A stretch of DNA of 64,000 nucleotides from Tubulanus polymorphus (GCF_964204645.1 NC_134030.1:6614778-6678777); one strand, 5' to 3'. Counted from the stretch's first letter, positions 28,501 to 42,549 are shown. Notes: generated by a model not told the origin, from the sequence alone. A program made the numbers and translations.

Positions 28501-31206
28501 GATAAGGAATTAGCATTTTTGACCCGAGTAGCTGGAACACAGGGACTTCCATGGACCAGAAAATCTGTTCATTATAACACAACATCATTATTAGGACAAC
28601 AATCTTAAGTTCGTCGAATCAGATAAATCGTCAAATCAGAGTTTGTTCAAACGAGGTACCACTGAATGGACAGTTAGATATTTGGCCTTTGAAAAGTTAT
28701 GAAAAATCGAAGACTGCAAAGGTTACGAACTGTACGGATGCGCGAAAATCATGGCGCATGTCGGCGTTGAATTTGTTACACTCTTGTTTATGCGACGGCC
28801 AGTGTTTGCGTTGACAATCTCTCGAACAGTAACTGACGTTTAAACATCGACTGCACAACCACGTCGGTTTCACCACCTGGCAGAAATCGCATGGTCCAAT
28901 TTTATTGGTTCCCAAATGCTGGCAATCGATCTAGACGAAATTAGAAAAGAATTGAAAATACTGTTAAATTGAAATGATTTAATCTAATGTTGGTAGTTAT
29001 GGGTCAAAGATGAAGCTTGGGAGATATTGACGATAGTAAGATAACTTGATGATAAATTGAAAATGAATCAAAACAGTGTATACAAAGTAACTTATGTTTT
29101 ATCGACAACATAATGATTATTGAAGCTGTGCCGCCTATGCGTGAGACACGAGATGGATCTTAAAATGTTTGATCCGAGTTAGAAATAAGAAAATGTACTA
29201 CAATTTCACAAAATGGACCGAGATATTTTATCCGAGTTCGACTTAATCGTATATTATGTACCATCTTATTCCCTAATAGACTGATGGGACTTAAGGGCCC
29301 AGTTTCATGAAAAAAATTCACAAAAATTTTTGGTATAATTGCTTTTGGTTACTTCCATGTTTTCAATGAGGACAACAATTCAAACTTAACTGATTTAGGC
29401 TTAAGCTTTTTCATGAAACCGAACCCTAAAATTGACCGACATCAGCGTATGTCCGAGTTGAGTGTATTCGACCTATGCGTACTCTACTGTAATATTCAAT
29501 ACCTTATGTTTCGCGGCGTCTGCTTTTAAACATTGGTCTGTGCAGTATTTAGCAATTTTACACCTGCTGCAGGTTTTAACATCCTGCGGTTTGTCGCACT
29601 TCCAACAACATCCCTTCGCAGTATCCATCTGAAATAAAAACAAAATGAAACGTGTTTGATTAATGTTTTGATATGGTGGGTGAATCATTTCAGCACCTTA
29701 AATTCTAGCATATAATAATATTTTTGAATACCGTTGTTTGCCTTGGTTTAAGAACAGACAATAGCCATGTTCAACTGCGTTACTTGGAACTGTCAAAATT
29801 TGTCCCGTTCCAATTTAGAACGGACCAAGTTCACTGGTCTGTTCTATTTTAGGCCGTTCCAGGTCCGTTTAAAACGGTTTAACTTTTGCTAGTATGAACA
29901 TGCTTGATAAATTCGTACCTCCTACCATTAAATACGGCTTTTTGTTAGCTCGGTTGGTCCAGTAATTCAAATCCTTATCAGCTAATTAGATGGACCGCAA
30001 TATGTCTTCCATTTAATGTGTTTTCAAAATGGACTGGTTTTCCCCCTTACAGAGTATGATGTGATCCTCGAATAGACTGATGTTTTGCCTGTTTTCCCCT
30101 GGTTTTCCCCCATACGCAGTACAGTTTCATATGCGGTGTGCCATACGTTTCCCTCCTAAAATCAATACTGTATTTTCAATATGAGGCCACAGGGGTTTGG
30201 CGATGGGCTTGGATTTTATTTCCGGGTTGTTGATGATCTTTATGCTTAACACTGAATACTTACGACGTCAACTTCCCTTGAAGTAATAATTTGCATGTTT
30301 TTTCAGATGCGTTTAAACCCTGCCGAAAAGCCTCCTCAATATCTGCATCGACTATAATCATTTCTCAGTGTTAAGGAGCTGGCGCGACTAGGGGACAACG
30401 GGTGAACTAGGCGTGGACAGATATGCCATCTAAATGGCCCATGCTAACTTCTATTTAACAAACAAAAACCACAGATACAGTAAACCTTGCGTAAGTCGGA
30501 TCTTTCGGGACCAAGAAAAATCCCCCGACTTTTGAATGATTACGGATTTCCGGCCTTTAGTCCGAAAACTATGACTCGAGAATTACGGAAACTGAATCAA
30601 CAAGAAATGCTTTATTCGGGTTTATTTTTCTTTTCTAATACACTAATCGGAACTAAAATAACAATTGTTGATGTAGGCCTATATATCGTTAATTTCAAGC
30701 CAGGGAAGAAATCAAACTGCAATAGGAAAAAGATAGCCCTCCGACGACTTTCGGTCATTGATTTTTCATTTTGGGACCAAGAAAAGGCCACTACGAGATA
30801 AACGAGTTACCGACTTTTGGAATATAAATTTCTTCGAAAAAGAAAAGAAAAATAGAGGCGCAGCTGCCCCCCAATGTAAATTAAAATTATAAAAGGACCG
30901 ACCTTCACTTCACAGGCGCAACGTAAAAAGTCGCACATTGCAATTTTTTCCGTGGTTTTTACTAAAAGTTTTAGCCTTTCACAAAATGTCAGATTAAGCT
31001 AAATAGTCTTTCTACATTTCATTAATAACTTGAATTGTATTATTGTAGTCCTAAGAAAAGGATACATTCCATTTTTCAAGGAGTATCGGTAGCCGTTTTA
31101 AACGTGTATTTGTACCGTTGTATTTCTTTTCAAATTATGAAGGAAAGTCGTAAATCGTAAGTAGTAAATCGTAAGTCGTATGGCGGTCCAGGAATTCCAT
31201 AGATAT
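25577..31206. mobile_element. Candidate TIR-bounded element enclosing the MYND-DUF4470 gene
   Basis: 25577-25619 matches the reverse complement of 31164-31206 at 38/43 positions. Both ends continue inward with (TTACGA-like)n subterminal repeats. Flanks are TAGAAAATA and TAGAAAAAC. Confidence 0.45.
26814..29628 (-). CDS. Tandem MYND zinc fingers + DUF4470 (SAM-methyltransferase-like fold) protein; exons 29628-29503, 28930-28731, 28308-26814
   Basis: Two MYND fingers (CWKC..CSRC..YC..C..HKIDC and [26 protein letters not shown]). DUF4470-type motifs [40 protein letters not shown] and [12 protein letters not shown]. Splice phases are compatible. Confidence 0.8.
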
Positions 31207-31284
31207 TAGAAAAACAAAGTTATTTTTATTTGAGGAATGCTCCGACTTATTCAGTCCATACCCTCATTTAGGGATATCCACAAT

Positions 31285-34200
31285 ATGGCCTCTTGCGACA
31301 TCATGAATCACAAGTTTGTATTCTTCGCCGCAATAATTTCGATTTATATATCGCTCGGTGAGTCAAAAATTACAGTTTATTGTCGTATTGTGATAACAAT
31401 AAAGTTGTTTATAGTATGATAAAATTTGGTGTGGGATATATCATCGAATTCCTACAAAATACAGTAGTTTTTTGGGTATTTCCGTTTTACTTCCGGGTTA
31501 TAATAAATACTACTATTACTAACTACTAACTAGGCCTAACCCGTCAGTAGTTTATTTTTTCGGTCCGATATTTTCACAAACCACATAAGTTGATATTTGC
31601 CTATTCGATTATTGAAGCTTACTACCAACAATCTAGATAATCCCTATGTTATATAGTTCTTTCATTCATTGTTACTAACTGTGACAGCTATATGTATTGT
31701 AAATGTAAAGCCAGTGTAAGTTAGTTGTCTGATTAAATTGAATTTTATGTTGCAGGCTGTAGCGATCGAATTCATAAGAAAGTTTACGTCGACTTCAATG
31801 TAGTCGGTGCTTGTTTTCGGAGATTGAATGCCACACAAGAAATTGGATGTGCTTGTAAGTCATAGTCATAATTGCAACACTGCCCCTCCTGATAATGGTC
31901 AGTTGTTTGTTTAATGTGATCTTACAAGTAGGCCTAAAGCGTTTCTGATGTTTCACTTGAAACCCTAATCCAATGATTGATTCTGCTTTGTATAGAATTT
32001 CTATATCTAGTTTGAGTATCTCAGGCTCAGATCCATGGGGTGCTTTTTAGTACAAGAGCAACCCCTCTTTGAAAAATTTTCTTTTGTATTATTTATTTTC
32101 AGGTTTTCAACGCTGCATTTCACATGGCACATTTTAGATGTATAAGATTATTAAGCAGTGCCTAAAGACCCTCAGAATGCATGATAGACTAATTTTTCAA
32201 AATTTTCTGGTGGATAACCAGTAGAACACCCTCTTCCACCCCTGTATCCCCTAGTATAATTCGGATTTAGTGCAACTAAATGGCTTCATTTTGTTTCGGA
32301 TCTTTAAGCTAGTCGAGGTGGTGATGTTGGAGTTGTACATTATGTAGAAACTAAAGATGATTTGAACTGGTTGATAAATCATGGTCCTCACAAACCGTAC
32401 GTTGTCGTATTACCACAGAAAAATTTCAACATGTAAGTAACTGAAAAATAAAACAAGATATAGCCTAATTCTTATGTTTGAAATTGATCTTCCCCCTGTA
32501 ACGCGGTGAAGTCAAGTTGAAAAAGTGGTTTCAATACATTTATCAATGATTCATCTTCATCATATTGTAGGCAGTTTTTGAAGAATCTAACTGAAAGCGG
32601 GAAAGTAAATGGAATTTTGTTGACAAATGCGAACCACTCTGTCGGTCACATCCCTGAAGGTTTCTCCCCTGACCACTCCTGTCCTAATGATAGATACGGT
32701 ATGACGTAGCTTGTATCATTGTATCTTTATACATTTGTCGTGAAATTATTTTCTGAAAGTCTTCAAGTCATTGAATGACTTATTATTTGCTTTCGTACTA
32801 GATACTTCGACGTTAAGGGACCAGTTTCACGAAGCAAAATTATGATTACCGTAGTTGTTTAGGGCAAACTTCTAATTTTCAATGACTTTTCAGTGATTTG
32901 ATTGTGCCTAGCTTTGTGTAACGGGCCCGAGGTGTTTCTAGGATGTTGAAAATCTGTTTTATTTTTCGAAAATAGGATTAAATGTGTTGTAATCTTATAT
33001 TTCAGGTTTGTATAAAGGAAATTCTGAATACGGTAGCTGTAAGAAAACTGCTTGGAACAAATATGGCACCGGCATGGCATTTATGAATTTCAAAATGGCC
33101 GTAATGGCACTTTCGAATCAGTCCGAGGTCGATTTTCTGATTAACGACTGTTATCGGCGTTTCAACGAACCAATCGTTAACAAGAATGGTACGATTACAC
33201 CACGAGATTTTCCATTATGCGCCGCCGAGGTGAAAACAGCCATGGACGGTGCTGGCGACACGCCAACTTGTATACGCCGCTCCAATCATATTACTAATCT
33301 AAATGCAGGTAAAAATCATTTGCTTTCTTTTAGTTGTTGTGTTGTAAAAATCATTGGCTACCTTCATTTTTTCAACGCTTACAGATCGATATTGTGACCC
33401 ATTAGGAGACAATAACATATTTACGACGATGAAAACTGTAAATAAAAGCAGCGTTGAACGGCAAGAAAAATCAGTGATAGTAGTCGCGACGAGGGTTCGT
33501 ATATTCTGAATACTGTGAAGTCGGGTTTAACTGTGTATGCATCATTTGGGATGGGACCAATTCACCAGGTTTATGAGAAATATGTATGAGAAATATTGAA
33601 GCTGAAAGTTTGAGGGGGTTTTTACTATGATTGACGCAACAAATTGATATATTTGCCCAGTTAAAATGGATTTCTCGAAAAAAGTTTCTGGGCGTGATAG
33701 TAAAAAGATTCATTGTTTGTATTTACAGTTGGATTCGTTCTCGATGTTTGACCAGATGGCGCCGGGTGCCGACAGTGTAGTAACCGGTGTCGTTACTGTG
33801 CTGGCCGCTGCGCAGGCCATCGGTAAGGTGAAATCAGATATCCTAGACAGCGGCTCAAAGGATATCATGTTTTCATTCTTTCAAGGGGTAAATGACAACT
33901 TCATCGATAAAGCGTGTTGGAATCGGCCCAAATTGTCAACTATGATTTTACCGGCATTTCATTGCAGGAAGCTTACGATTACATCGGTTCAAGTCGAATG
34001 GTCTACGAAATGGAAAAAGACTTTTTTCCGCAGAAGATTTCGTCCGACTGGGACGGCCTAGCTAACATCAATTTGACTCACATATCAGAGTTTATTGAGG
34101 TGTCGCAGGTCGGCTTTCCTGAAAATGGCAAACTATGGCTGCATACGGATCCTGTGAGCCAAGCCGATAGCGCTGTAGCTAAACAGGTAAAAACCCAATC

Positions 34201-36586
34201 CTAGTACATATAAATTACTTTGCTACAGCTGGTATTTACGATGAACCTTCTATTGCAGACTAATGATCTAATTACTAAGATGAAAGCTGAGGGAAACTCA
34301 TTGAAAGTTACTATCGGTACACCAGCCCAACAGGGCCTGCCTCCCGCTTCATTCCAGAGTTTCCTGAAAAAACATAACATCTCCGGAGCAGTGCTCACCG
34401 ACCACGAAGGCATCTTCACCAATAAGTAAGATAAAGCAACATCCCCGTTCTTTCTTCTGACAGTTTTATGAAAAAGTGGTCGATATTAGCTTTTAACTAT
34501 TACTAGGGTGGCCACTGACCTGGTAAACGAAAACTCAGGGAAACATAAAAATCTAGGAAAAAGTCAGGGAAAACTGGAAATTTGATGAATTTTACCAAAA
34601 ATCTGGATAACTCGAACTGGATAATACTATTGACTATGTGTTTAGCGATATGCGAAAAATTTTACATTTTAAACCTAGAAATTTCTCAGATACACTCAGG
34701 GAATTTTGTGAGCAACTCAGAAACTCAGGGGATTTGTAAATGGGCAGAAGTGGATGCCCTGATTACTATAGCCAATGACTTAATGAATACAACAAAATTT
34801 GAAAGTTTTCGTTTTCTGTTGGCAGATATTATAACAGTCGTTTGGATTTAGCTGAAATGCTACGGTTGCGATACCCGGCTGGTATGAGCGAGGCGGATAA
34901 ATATAACTACGTCACCGATATCGCGAAACGTTTGACTAATGTCGCCACGGTCGTCGCGCGAACTCTCTACAAACGCGCTACGAATAAATCATCGAAAATA
35001 GAAGCGGACAGCAAAACTGTGAGTTTACTTTTAATCAAGATCCAGTTCTGAAGTTAGAGAATTAGTTCATCTCAATGAGTTAACACTGAATAAAATCTTC
35101 ACTCTATGGAACTATGGAACTGGGTCCGGTATTACACTGAAATACTAAGTTACTTTGTTATTTCGCATTCATTGATCCATTAAATTGATGGAAATCCTTC
35201 TATTTGCTGAATTACATTCTGAAAACATTGTACTGTTGTCTTTTTAAAGGTAGCCAATCTGCTTTATTGCTATTTGATACGCGTCAACTGTGAACTGGTG
35301 CAGACCGTCATTGAAACTAAACAGGACAAATTCCTGAAAGTCATAGGTAATCATTGCGCAATCAGTTTCAACTATTCAATGATTGGTAATCTTCAGCGAT
35401 CGTAAATATTTTGGTCGAAATTTTACAGAGAAACAACAAGATCCGGTGAATCTGTACGTAAGCGTCGAGAAATCATCGAATGGAAGCACGTTGATTACGC
35501 GTAGTTTGTTGGCGTATTTCACATCGGATGTCGTCGTCAATGCTACGAAGGACAGCTGTAAAATGCCTGATAACAATCAGGTAAAGATGATGTGAAATAG
35601 ACGAGAGTACGGTAGAATACACTTGCTACTGAGTCTATTACTTCAGATAATCTTGTGCTCTGGAAAAAAAATATGAAATTGTATGATCGATAACCCATTG
35701 TCACTCCTACTGCCTTAGTATTTGCTGAAAATCTATTGGTCCCCATGAGATCTGAGGCAAGCGGAGTCTATGGTAGTTGGTCAACTTCTTTCCAACATAA
35801 CAGAGAGAGCATTCAGCTGATACATGTAGTTTGGATTATTGTACTTTTGTATCATTTCAGATTTACAATTATTTCTGGATTCGCGGTAATCTAGAAGCGA
35901 ATAGCACGAGTAAACGCATTCCCGTATGTCTACGTTCGCTGACGAACTATTCAGTCGCCGTTTCCCCGGCTTTTGAAATAAAAGGTAAATTCCAATCAAT
36001 CACTACTGCCCGCGAGGTTCGCCGATGTACTGACTTTCGTTAATGTGTACCGATTATTGTCGAATATTTAGATTACGATTGGAAATCTGGTTTATATTCA
36101 TCGTGGACAGAAAGCGTTTGGGCGGTCGACGCGATGAGCGCGCGGGTATTTTTAATACCTAGTCAAAAGCAAAAGGTATGTACCTATATTCAGGTTCACA
36201 AAGATTTCAACTAGGTGTAAAAAAGAATCAAAATCTGTAATATGAAAGTAACATAATAATTTGATAATAGCAATAATTTGATAGTAACAGTTTGATAATA
36301 ATATTTTATTTCATCAAAGAACTTTTTATTTTTGTTACATACAATAAAGTTTACCGCATTAAGTCACTTGGTGAGGACACACCTTTAGGGAGACATTGTT
36401 AAATCATAGATTTCTAATAAAGTGTCTGCTAGAAATTTTCTCCAAAAATACTGATTTTGAAATTGTTCTATTGAATCTTTTCAGACTGTGACATTATCTG
36501 TAGGTGTGATCACGTTACTTGTTGTGATGTTATTGGTTTATTTCGTCAACGGACGAGCCGAAATTCTATTCCGTAAAGTTCTATGA
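31285..36586 (+). CDS. NCSTN: Nicastrin (gamma-secretase subunit); multi-exon
   Basis: Signal peptide, CFRRLNATQEIGC, GFSPDHSCPN, WNKYGTG, CDPLGDNN, FFQGEAYDYIGSSRMVYEM (DYIGS motif), LPPASFQSFL, YSSWTESVW and a C-terminal TM helix. Confidence 0.96.
34506..34761. repeat. Dispersed repeat family rich in TCAGGGAA/TTCCCTGA with GGGTGGCCA termini; other copies at ~17780-18060, 21655-21925 and 38520-38752
   Basis: Recurrent subterminal motifs in introns of SMC2, NCSTN and SNAPC2. Confidence 0.6.
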
Positions 36587-38055
36587 TCAGATCGTGAAAA
36601 TTAAAAAAAGAAAAAAACTAGACGAGACATTGTTTTCCTTCCGAGTTGCCATCAATTACATAGAATTATGGTATGTTGTAATGCTTTGAACGGAGATGCT
36701 CGGGTAGAATATGTGTATAACAGTTCATATTAACTCAAGGGGCCATAAATCGGGGATGCAGGGAAAATCAAGTTAAAATTTTCACAGGTAGGCCTGTTTA
36801 AACTAGAAACGTACATAAGAGACAATTTACATTCCATGATTGTTTGATGAGCATATGAATAGTGAATGTGAATGTCTATCCGATTACGCCTAACTTGGTT
36901 TAGTCTGAACTGGGGTAATTCTAGGATAACAAAAAAATCATGGGCAACAGTGAAATTAATCCAGTTTATGATAAACTAGTATTGGAAATCATCAATAGGT
37001 CTTAGGTCTGTTTCTTTAATTGATCTGAATTTAATTGCTAGTTTTACTCTACACAGAAGAGATTAGAAGTGTTGGAAAAAGAACAATTTTAAATGTATTT
37101 CGGTGTGAATTTTGGGATTTTGAATACATGTCTTTGTTAAAAATGTATTTAAAGCGATAAATACGTAAAATAATTTGTGCTTAAAATGTGTAATTCATAT
37201 TTGTGTATATTTTGTAAATATTGAACAACTGCTTCGGTAAATAATAAATTATGTGTATATGTACAATTTTAAACAATTTGTGTTCAATATTTCCATCGGT
37301 AGATATGAGAGGGTTTCTGTTGTCACCAATAATCTTTGCACAGCCCAGTCTGGTCGACTCATTGGTCCCGGTAGGCCTACCGTATATGGTCTCAAATTAT
37401 TACTGTCGCATTCCTAGGTCAACGATGCCATGCAATCATAATACAGAGACAATACATTTTTCACTGTAGTGATGCAGTTAAAACAGGCTGATAAGCACTT
37501 AGGTTCAGAGAGGCCATGATCACTTATTTAATGTCTTGAGACAGGAATCCTTAATTTTCCAGGCATTCTTATAATCACTAGATTTTAAGAGCTGTAACAG
37601 TGAACTTGTATCTCGGATCTGCAGATGATAACTTTGGCATCAGATGCCAAAGCCCATGACAATGATGTAAGGATTTTAAAGCCCATTCCATGATACTCAA
37701 AGCCTTGAATTGACCCATTCCCGTTTCAAAACATTTAAGGACCTTCAAGGACTGCTATGAACCCTGACCACTGCACACAGCCGTCAATACACCAGTAATA
37801 ATTAATATACAGCTCGTCACTGGTTTGAAGCACATACAATAGAAGAGAGGGAAAAGAAGTTCAAATTAGTTATATCCTCATAATTCATAAACAATTCCTC
37901 GTGATTCAAAGAAATGTTTCTCCTCGTTATCAAGAGAATCGATTCCTCGTGATCGAAAGAGAGATAAATGACGTACAATGAATATTTGAACTACTGATAC
38001 TTGAAATCTATTCTACGAAAAGCTGCTTTATTGACATTGATCACAACACATTTAT

Positions 38056-41000
38056 TTATTGAGGTAATTTTGGAATTGGTAACAGTTCGGTACTGACTTG
38101 CAACGGGTTCATCGTGTAAAATCTTGATGCCATTTTACGCATCGACATCGAATAAGGTCTGAACAAATAATCTCGACGCTTATGTTTGCCAGGCACTTTA
38201 AAACAGTCGGTCGATTCTCTTCCTCTAGTACTACGTCGACGTCTATCCAGAGTATCCTCACACTCCGTTGAATTGTTTGTTTCCGTTGCAACTTCGTTCG
38301 AATTATTCTCTGCGATCAATTCTGTGTCTGATTCATCGTCTTCGTCTTCGTCGAGCAACATCGGTTCAAATATAGACAGAATACCTCTCTCCTTCCTTTC
38401 AGCCGAGCTCGATGTCACTGGTGTACTTCCAACTGAAATCATAGAAATAGACATCTCATAAATTGCCTGAAAATGCAGAAAGTTTTCATCATATATGAGG
38501 TGGCGCTACTCTCAGCCAATTTACAAATTCCCTGAGTTTTCCCTGATGTTATAACATATAATTCCCTGAGTAAATCAGAGGAATTCCTTGGTTTAAAATG
38601 ATACAATTATTCATTTTTTATGAATCCCGTAGTGATAAAGAAAGGCGTGATCAATTACATATCCAAATTCTCTGAGTTTTCCTGTTCTTTTGCAAACTGA
38701 GTTTTCCCTGATTTTCAGATTCCCTGAGTTATTCAGCATCATTGGCCACCCTATTATAAGTTTTAGGATAGGAAGCGGTTTTGGGCCATTCATTAAGTAC
38801 GCATGTATATAAGGGGGATTGAGTTTGTACAATAACTTTCAGTGCATCTACATCGCAGTGCTGAGTATAAATCAGTGATGAACCTTGCTAGTACACCGCA
38901 TTGCGGTGTGTTGATGTAATTAGTAATTAGTTATTATTTCTATTGAAAGATACGTAATGATAAAGCAACTTAAATACACTAATAATACAAGCCCATAGGC
39001 ATTAAACAATACACTGGGGTGGAATTGATCAAAATTTTCATTCACAATCACTTTAGGGTAACAATTACTGTAGTCGGCGCTGAATGGGTTGAAATCAGCA
39101 AAATTTGTCATCCGTACTTCATGAAGTATGGATGAAATAGAGTCTAGTCCACCGTGTTTAAAACCTGTCATTGTTATAATTTTACGACTAACCTCTTAAT
39201 GCAGTTTCTACATCGTTGTGATTCATTCTAATTTGATCATTATCCCAGGGTTTATTCAATAATGTGAATTTCTTCACCATCATTTCGGTAATCTGCTCTA
39301 AGTTCGACACTTTTAAAACTTGCAACAAATCATCTACCAATGACATAATGACTTTACTCTCTGAAAAGATTAAATCAAGATACAAATTTGATCGTCTTCC
39401 CTGATCTAGCTGTTTGGCCAGAGAACAGCGAGTAAAAACACAATCGGCTAATAAATATGTGAGAGTGAATATAAATTTTGTTTTGTAGAACTCTGTCCCT
39501 TGCAGAATCAAACCTGGTTTGATTAATACATACCAAGACAGTTGAGCACTGGTGCAGGTTTTCTATTAAAAAGTGCGGCGAGATAACTGTAGATGATCGA
39601 ATAATCTGGTTTCGCATTCATATTGGTGTCAGGTGGAGGAGGCTTATCAGGGTTCTTTTTGGTGTAAGTCTTTTTCTTTTTCGATACAGTTGTTTTCTCC
39701 CGGGGTGGTCCGTGTTCAATAATTCCAATCGATTTTATGACCTACGAAGAAAGAAAATAATAAAATTAAATCAACTGAATTATAAACCCGTTAACCCATT
39801 TGCTCCATTTACACGCGTATGACCCAGTTCCTGGTTGGCTGGCAATGTGAACTAACTCTACTAAATTCACCATTTTGCTTGGATATCATTTTGTATATAG
39901 AATGTTGGAAATCTTATTTGTTCCTCTTGTCTTTTGTTACCGGCATATTTCTTATTCTTTTGTAATGACACTTCTGTTTTCTTTCTTTCTCTTTATGGTA
40001 AAAAGCCAATAATGTTAACCATATAGGCCTATTAGGCTACAGTGCAACAAGAATAGAATTGCTCAAAATAGAATTGGATACGCAAAGACCTCTATTACCA
40101 GAGACAACTCTCAATAAGCAATGGGGAAGAAACATGGTGGCGGCCAACTAGTTAAGCACATGGATCTACGGCAGTTTGAATCTTACCTTTCCAGTAATCA
40201 ATGACAGATCAGGGACATGATTAAACACCAGATTTTCGGCAGTTCTCAACCAATACTGAAACGAAAATTAAAGAATGAATCAGTGAACGTATCAAATATG
40301 ACTTGATTACTTGAAATATACTGATATATGATAACTTCACATCAGGAACTTACATCAATCGGGGCAAATTTGTACACCGGAGCTTGCGTGCTCAACTTTC
40401 TTTCTACAAAAATAAAAATATTTGCATCAGTGACATCAGTGTAGGTTTATTTGGCAACTAGACAAGTTGGCTCTCTTTAAACCATCAGCCAAGTTTCTGC
40501 CAAATATACTCTACTTACGAATATGAAATTGTCGAAGATGGCGCACATACGTAGCAATCTGGAATCAGAATATCATTGAAAATCAGCGCAATCTTACATA
40601 GGTAGCTACAATAGAACTTCAGTTATAGTTCTATGGTAGAATGAATGGTTTGAAGGTTTATTCAGAATACACGTACATCCTTAGGGTCTTTATGCGGAAG
40701 ATAATTCTGAAATAATTTCACATCACTCGAAGCAAACCTGCAATATATCAATGAGGCTGTTGTCAGTAACTGGATGAGGGTATCAATCATCAGATGAAAA
40801 GGGATTACTAAATTCAACCTCAATTGGATTAAGCAATGCAGAGAGCTGTCCTAATAGTGGCAGGGCAGTGGCTTTGGTCTTCAAACAATCAAAATGGCTA
40901 TTCACACGGAACCGTACGTATGACTCTGAAGGCAGATCATTACAGAATTGTACGGATTACTCAGGTTAGGTTATACATTATAATGAAGTTAGGATTAGGG

Positions 41001-41531
41001 TAAGGCTATAAGTAGTAACAGTTCCCACAGTAACTTTGGTAGCTCAGGTGCCGTGCTAAGAACATTCGTGGTTGATATTCGAATCCGATTCTTCATTGTC
41101 GGTTCAGCATGAATAGCCTTTTTCTCAAACAATTTATGACATGACTAGAAGGGGTTTGCTTAGTCTGAATACCAGTCGTTGTTACAGGTCCCCTACAGTT
41201 GTTTGGGGAACAACGGCTAGACTAAGGGTTTGCTTCACCAAGAAGAGCCTTATTAGTGTCTGATGTACCACAGAGTTGGTTACACACTAGGATTGTGGTG
41301 GAAACAACCAGTCCCAAGGGGTTCGCTCATACCATGGACCGGACGTATAAACTAGATAGACCCAATGTTTTACGTGGCGTCTACTCACATTCGCATTGCT
41401 GCAAACAGCTTCTTTTTGTCCTCGAGAGTCCACGACATTTTCCACGTTATATATTTCTTCGGACGTCCAGTTGGGTTTTTTTTCGATTTTTTTGGTTTTG
41501 CCATCGCATTCTGTTCTGGTTCCTTATCCAT
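38056..41531 (-). CDS. SNAPC2: SNAPc subunit 2 (SNAP45)-like; multi-exon, start uncertain (possibly 41697)
   Basis: SANT/Myb-like WTLEDKKKLFAAMRM...LPHKDPKDIATYVRHL, APIDYWLRTAENL, PDYSIIYSYLAAL, LESKVIMSLV and C-terminal MNPLQVSTELL resemble conserved SNAPC2 blocks, recalled from memory rather than aligned. Confidence 0.65.
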
Positions 41532-42549
41532 CCTCGTGTATAATGCACCACGCAAGGCACCGACCTGTCAATTTAATAAAATCGGCTCAACGACCTTGGG
41601 TGTATCCTGAATTTCACTATTAGACGTATCGGACATTACAGTTTCTCTATTAGACGTATCAAAAGATAGGCAGAATGGGTTTCGAATCCGCCATCATAGT
41701 CAGCCATCAACAATAATAATGAACAAAAACAAAAACTAAGAAAATACAAACGATTTTATATTACATTATGTTTATTGATTTCATTTTATGTATCAAAAAC
41801 AAGGTTATCAGAAATTAGGAGTTTCAGTGTTTTTAATGTACAATAATCAGCATTAAATGGAAAAGAATCACGAAATACATTTTGATTCTTACAAGATCAC
41901 TGATTAATAATTCAAATATAGTGTAAATAATACCAGCGAATGATAATTAGAACACTAGGTTCAGTTCGACAGAAGTGAGTTACTATAAAATCAAATTTGA
42001 ACGGCCATCCTCTGGGATTAGGATGGGCTAAAGCTAAATTTTTAGGCACATTATGGTTTCTCACCGAAAGATGTTGATGATGGTGTTAACAGTGAGTTAA
42101 AATCATTTTCAATGAGTACACTCGAAGTCAAATCTCAACTCCGACAACCGCGGAACTGGGTCCCAATAACAGCTTTTACCTGAACTATTTGGAAATAAGC
42201 AGTGATAAAATTCTAACCCGGTTTATGAGTAAGTGGTACTAATAATCATATTCTAATACATCTAAGTACGAGTGGACTGTAATGCTTTTAAATTACATTG
42301 AAATCCAGATTTTTATTCAAATCAGACTTATCTCACAAAAATTGTCATCACACTGCAGGTGTGAGTTTTGTACGAACTATTATACCAGGGTTCAATTGTA
42401 TAAATATAATTTGTATCGTTAACATAAATTAATATAAATGTAAATCTTTAAAGTATAACGCGCCAAATTAATTCGGTAAATATTGGTAAGTACAATTTTT
42501 CTCTCTAAAACTACAATAAAAATTGCCGGCACTAACAACACCATATAAA

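Noticed and set aside
38920-39171. 83-aa ORF inside the SNAPC2-like gene
   Set aside because: Including it would need a ~28-bp intron. The flanking exons already join in phase without it.
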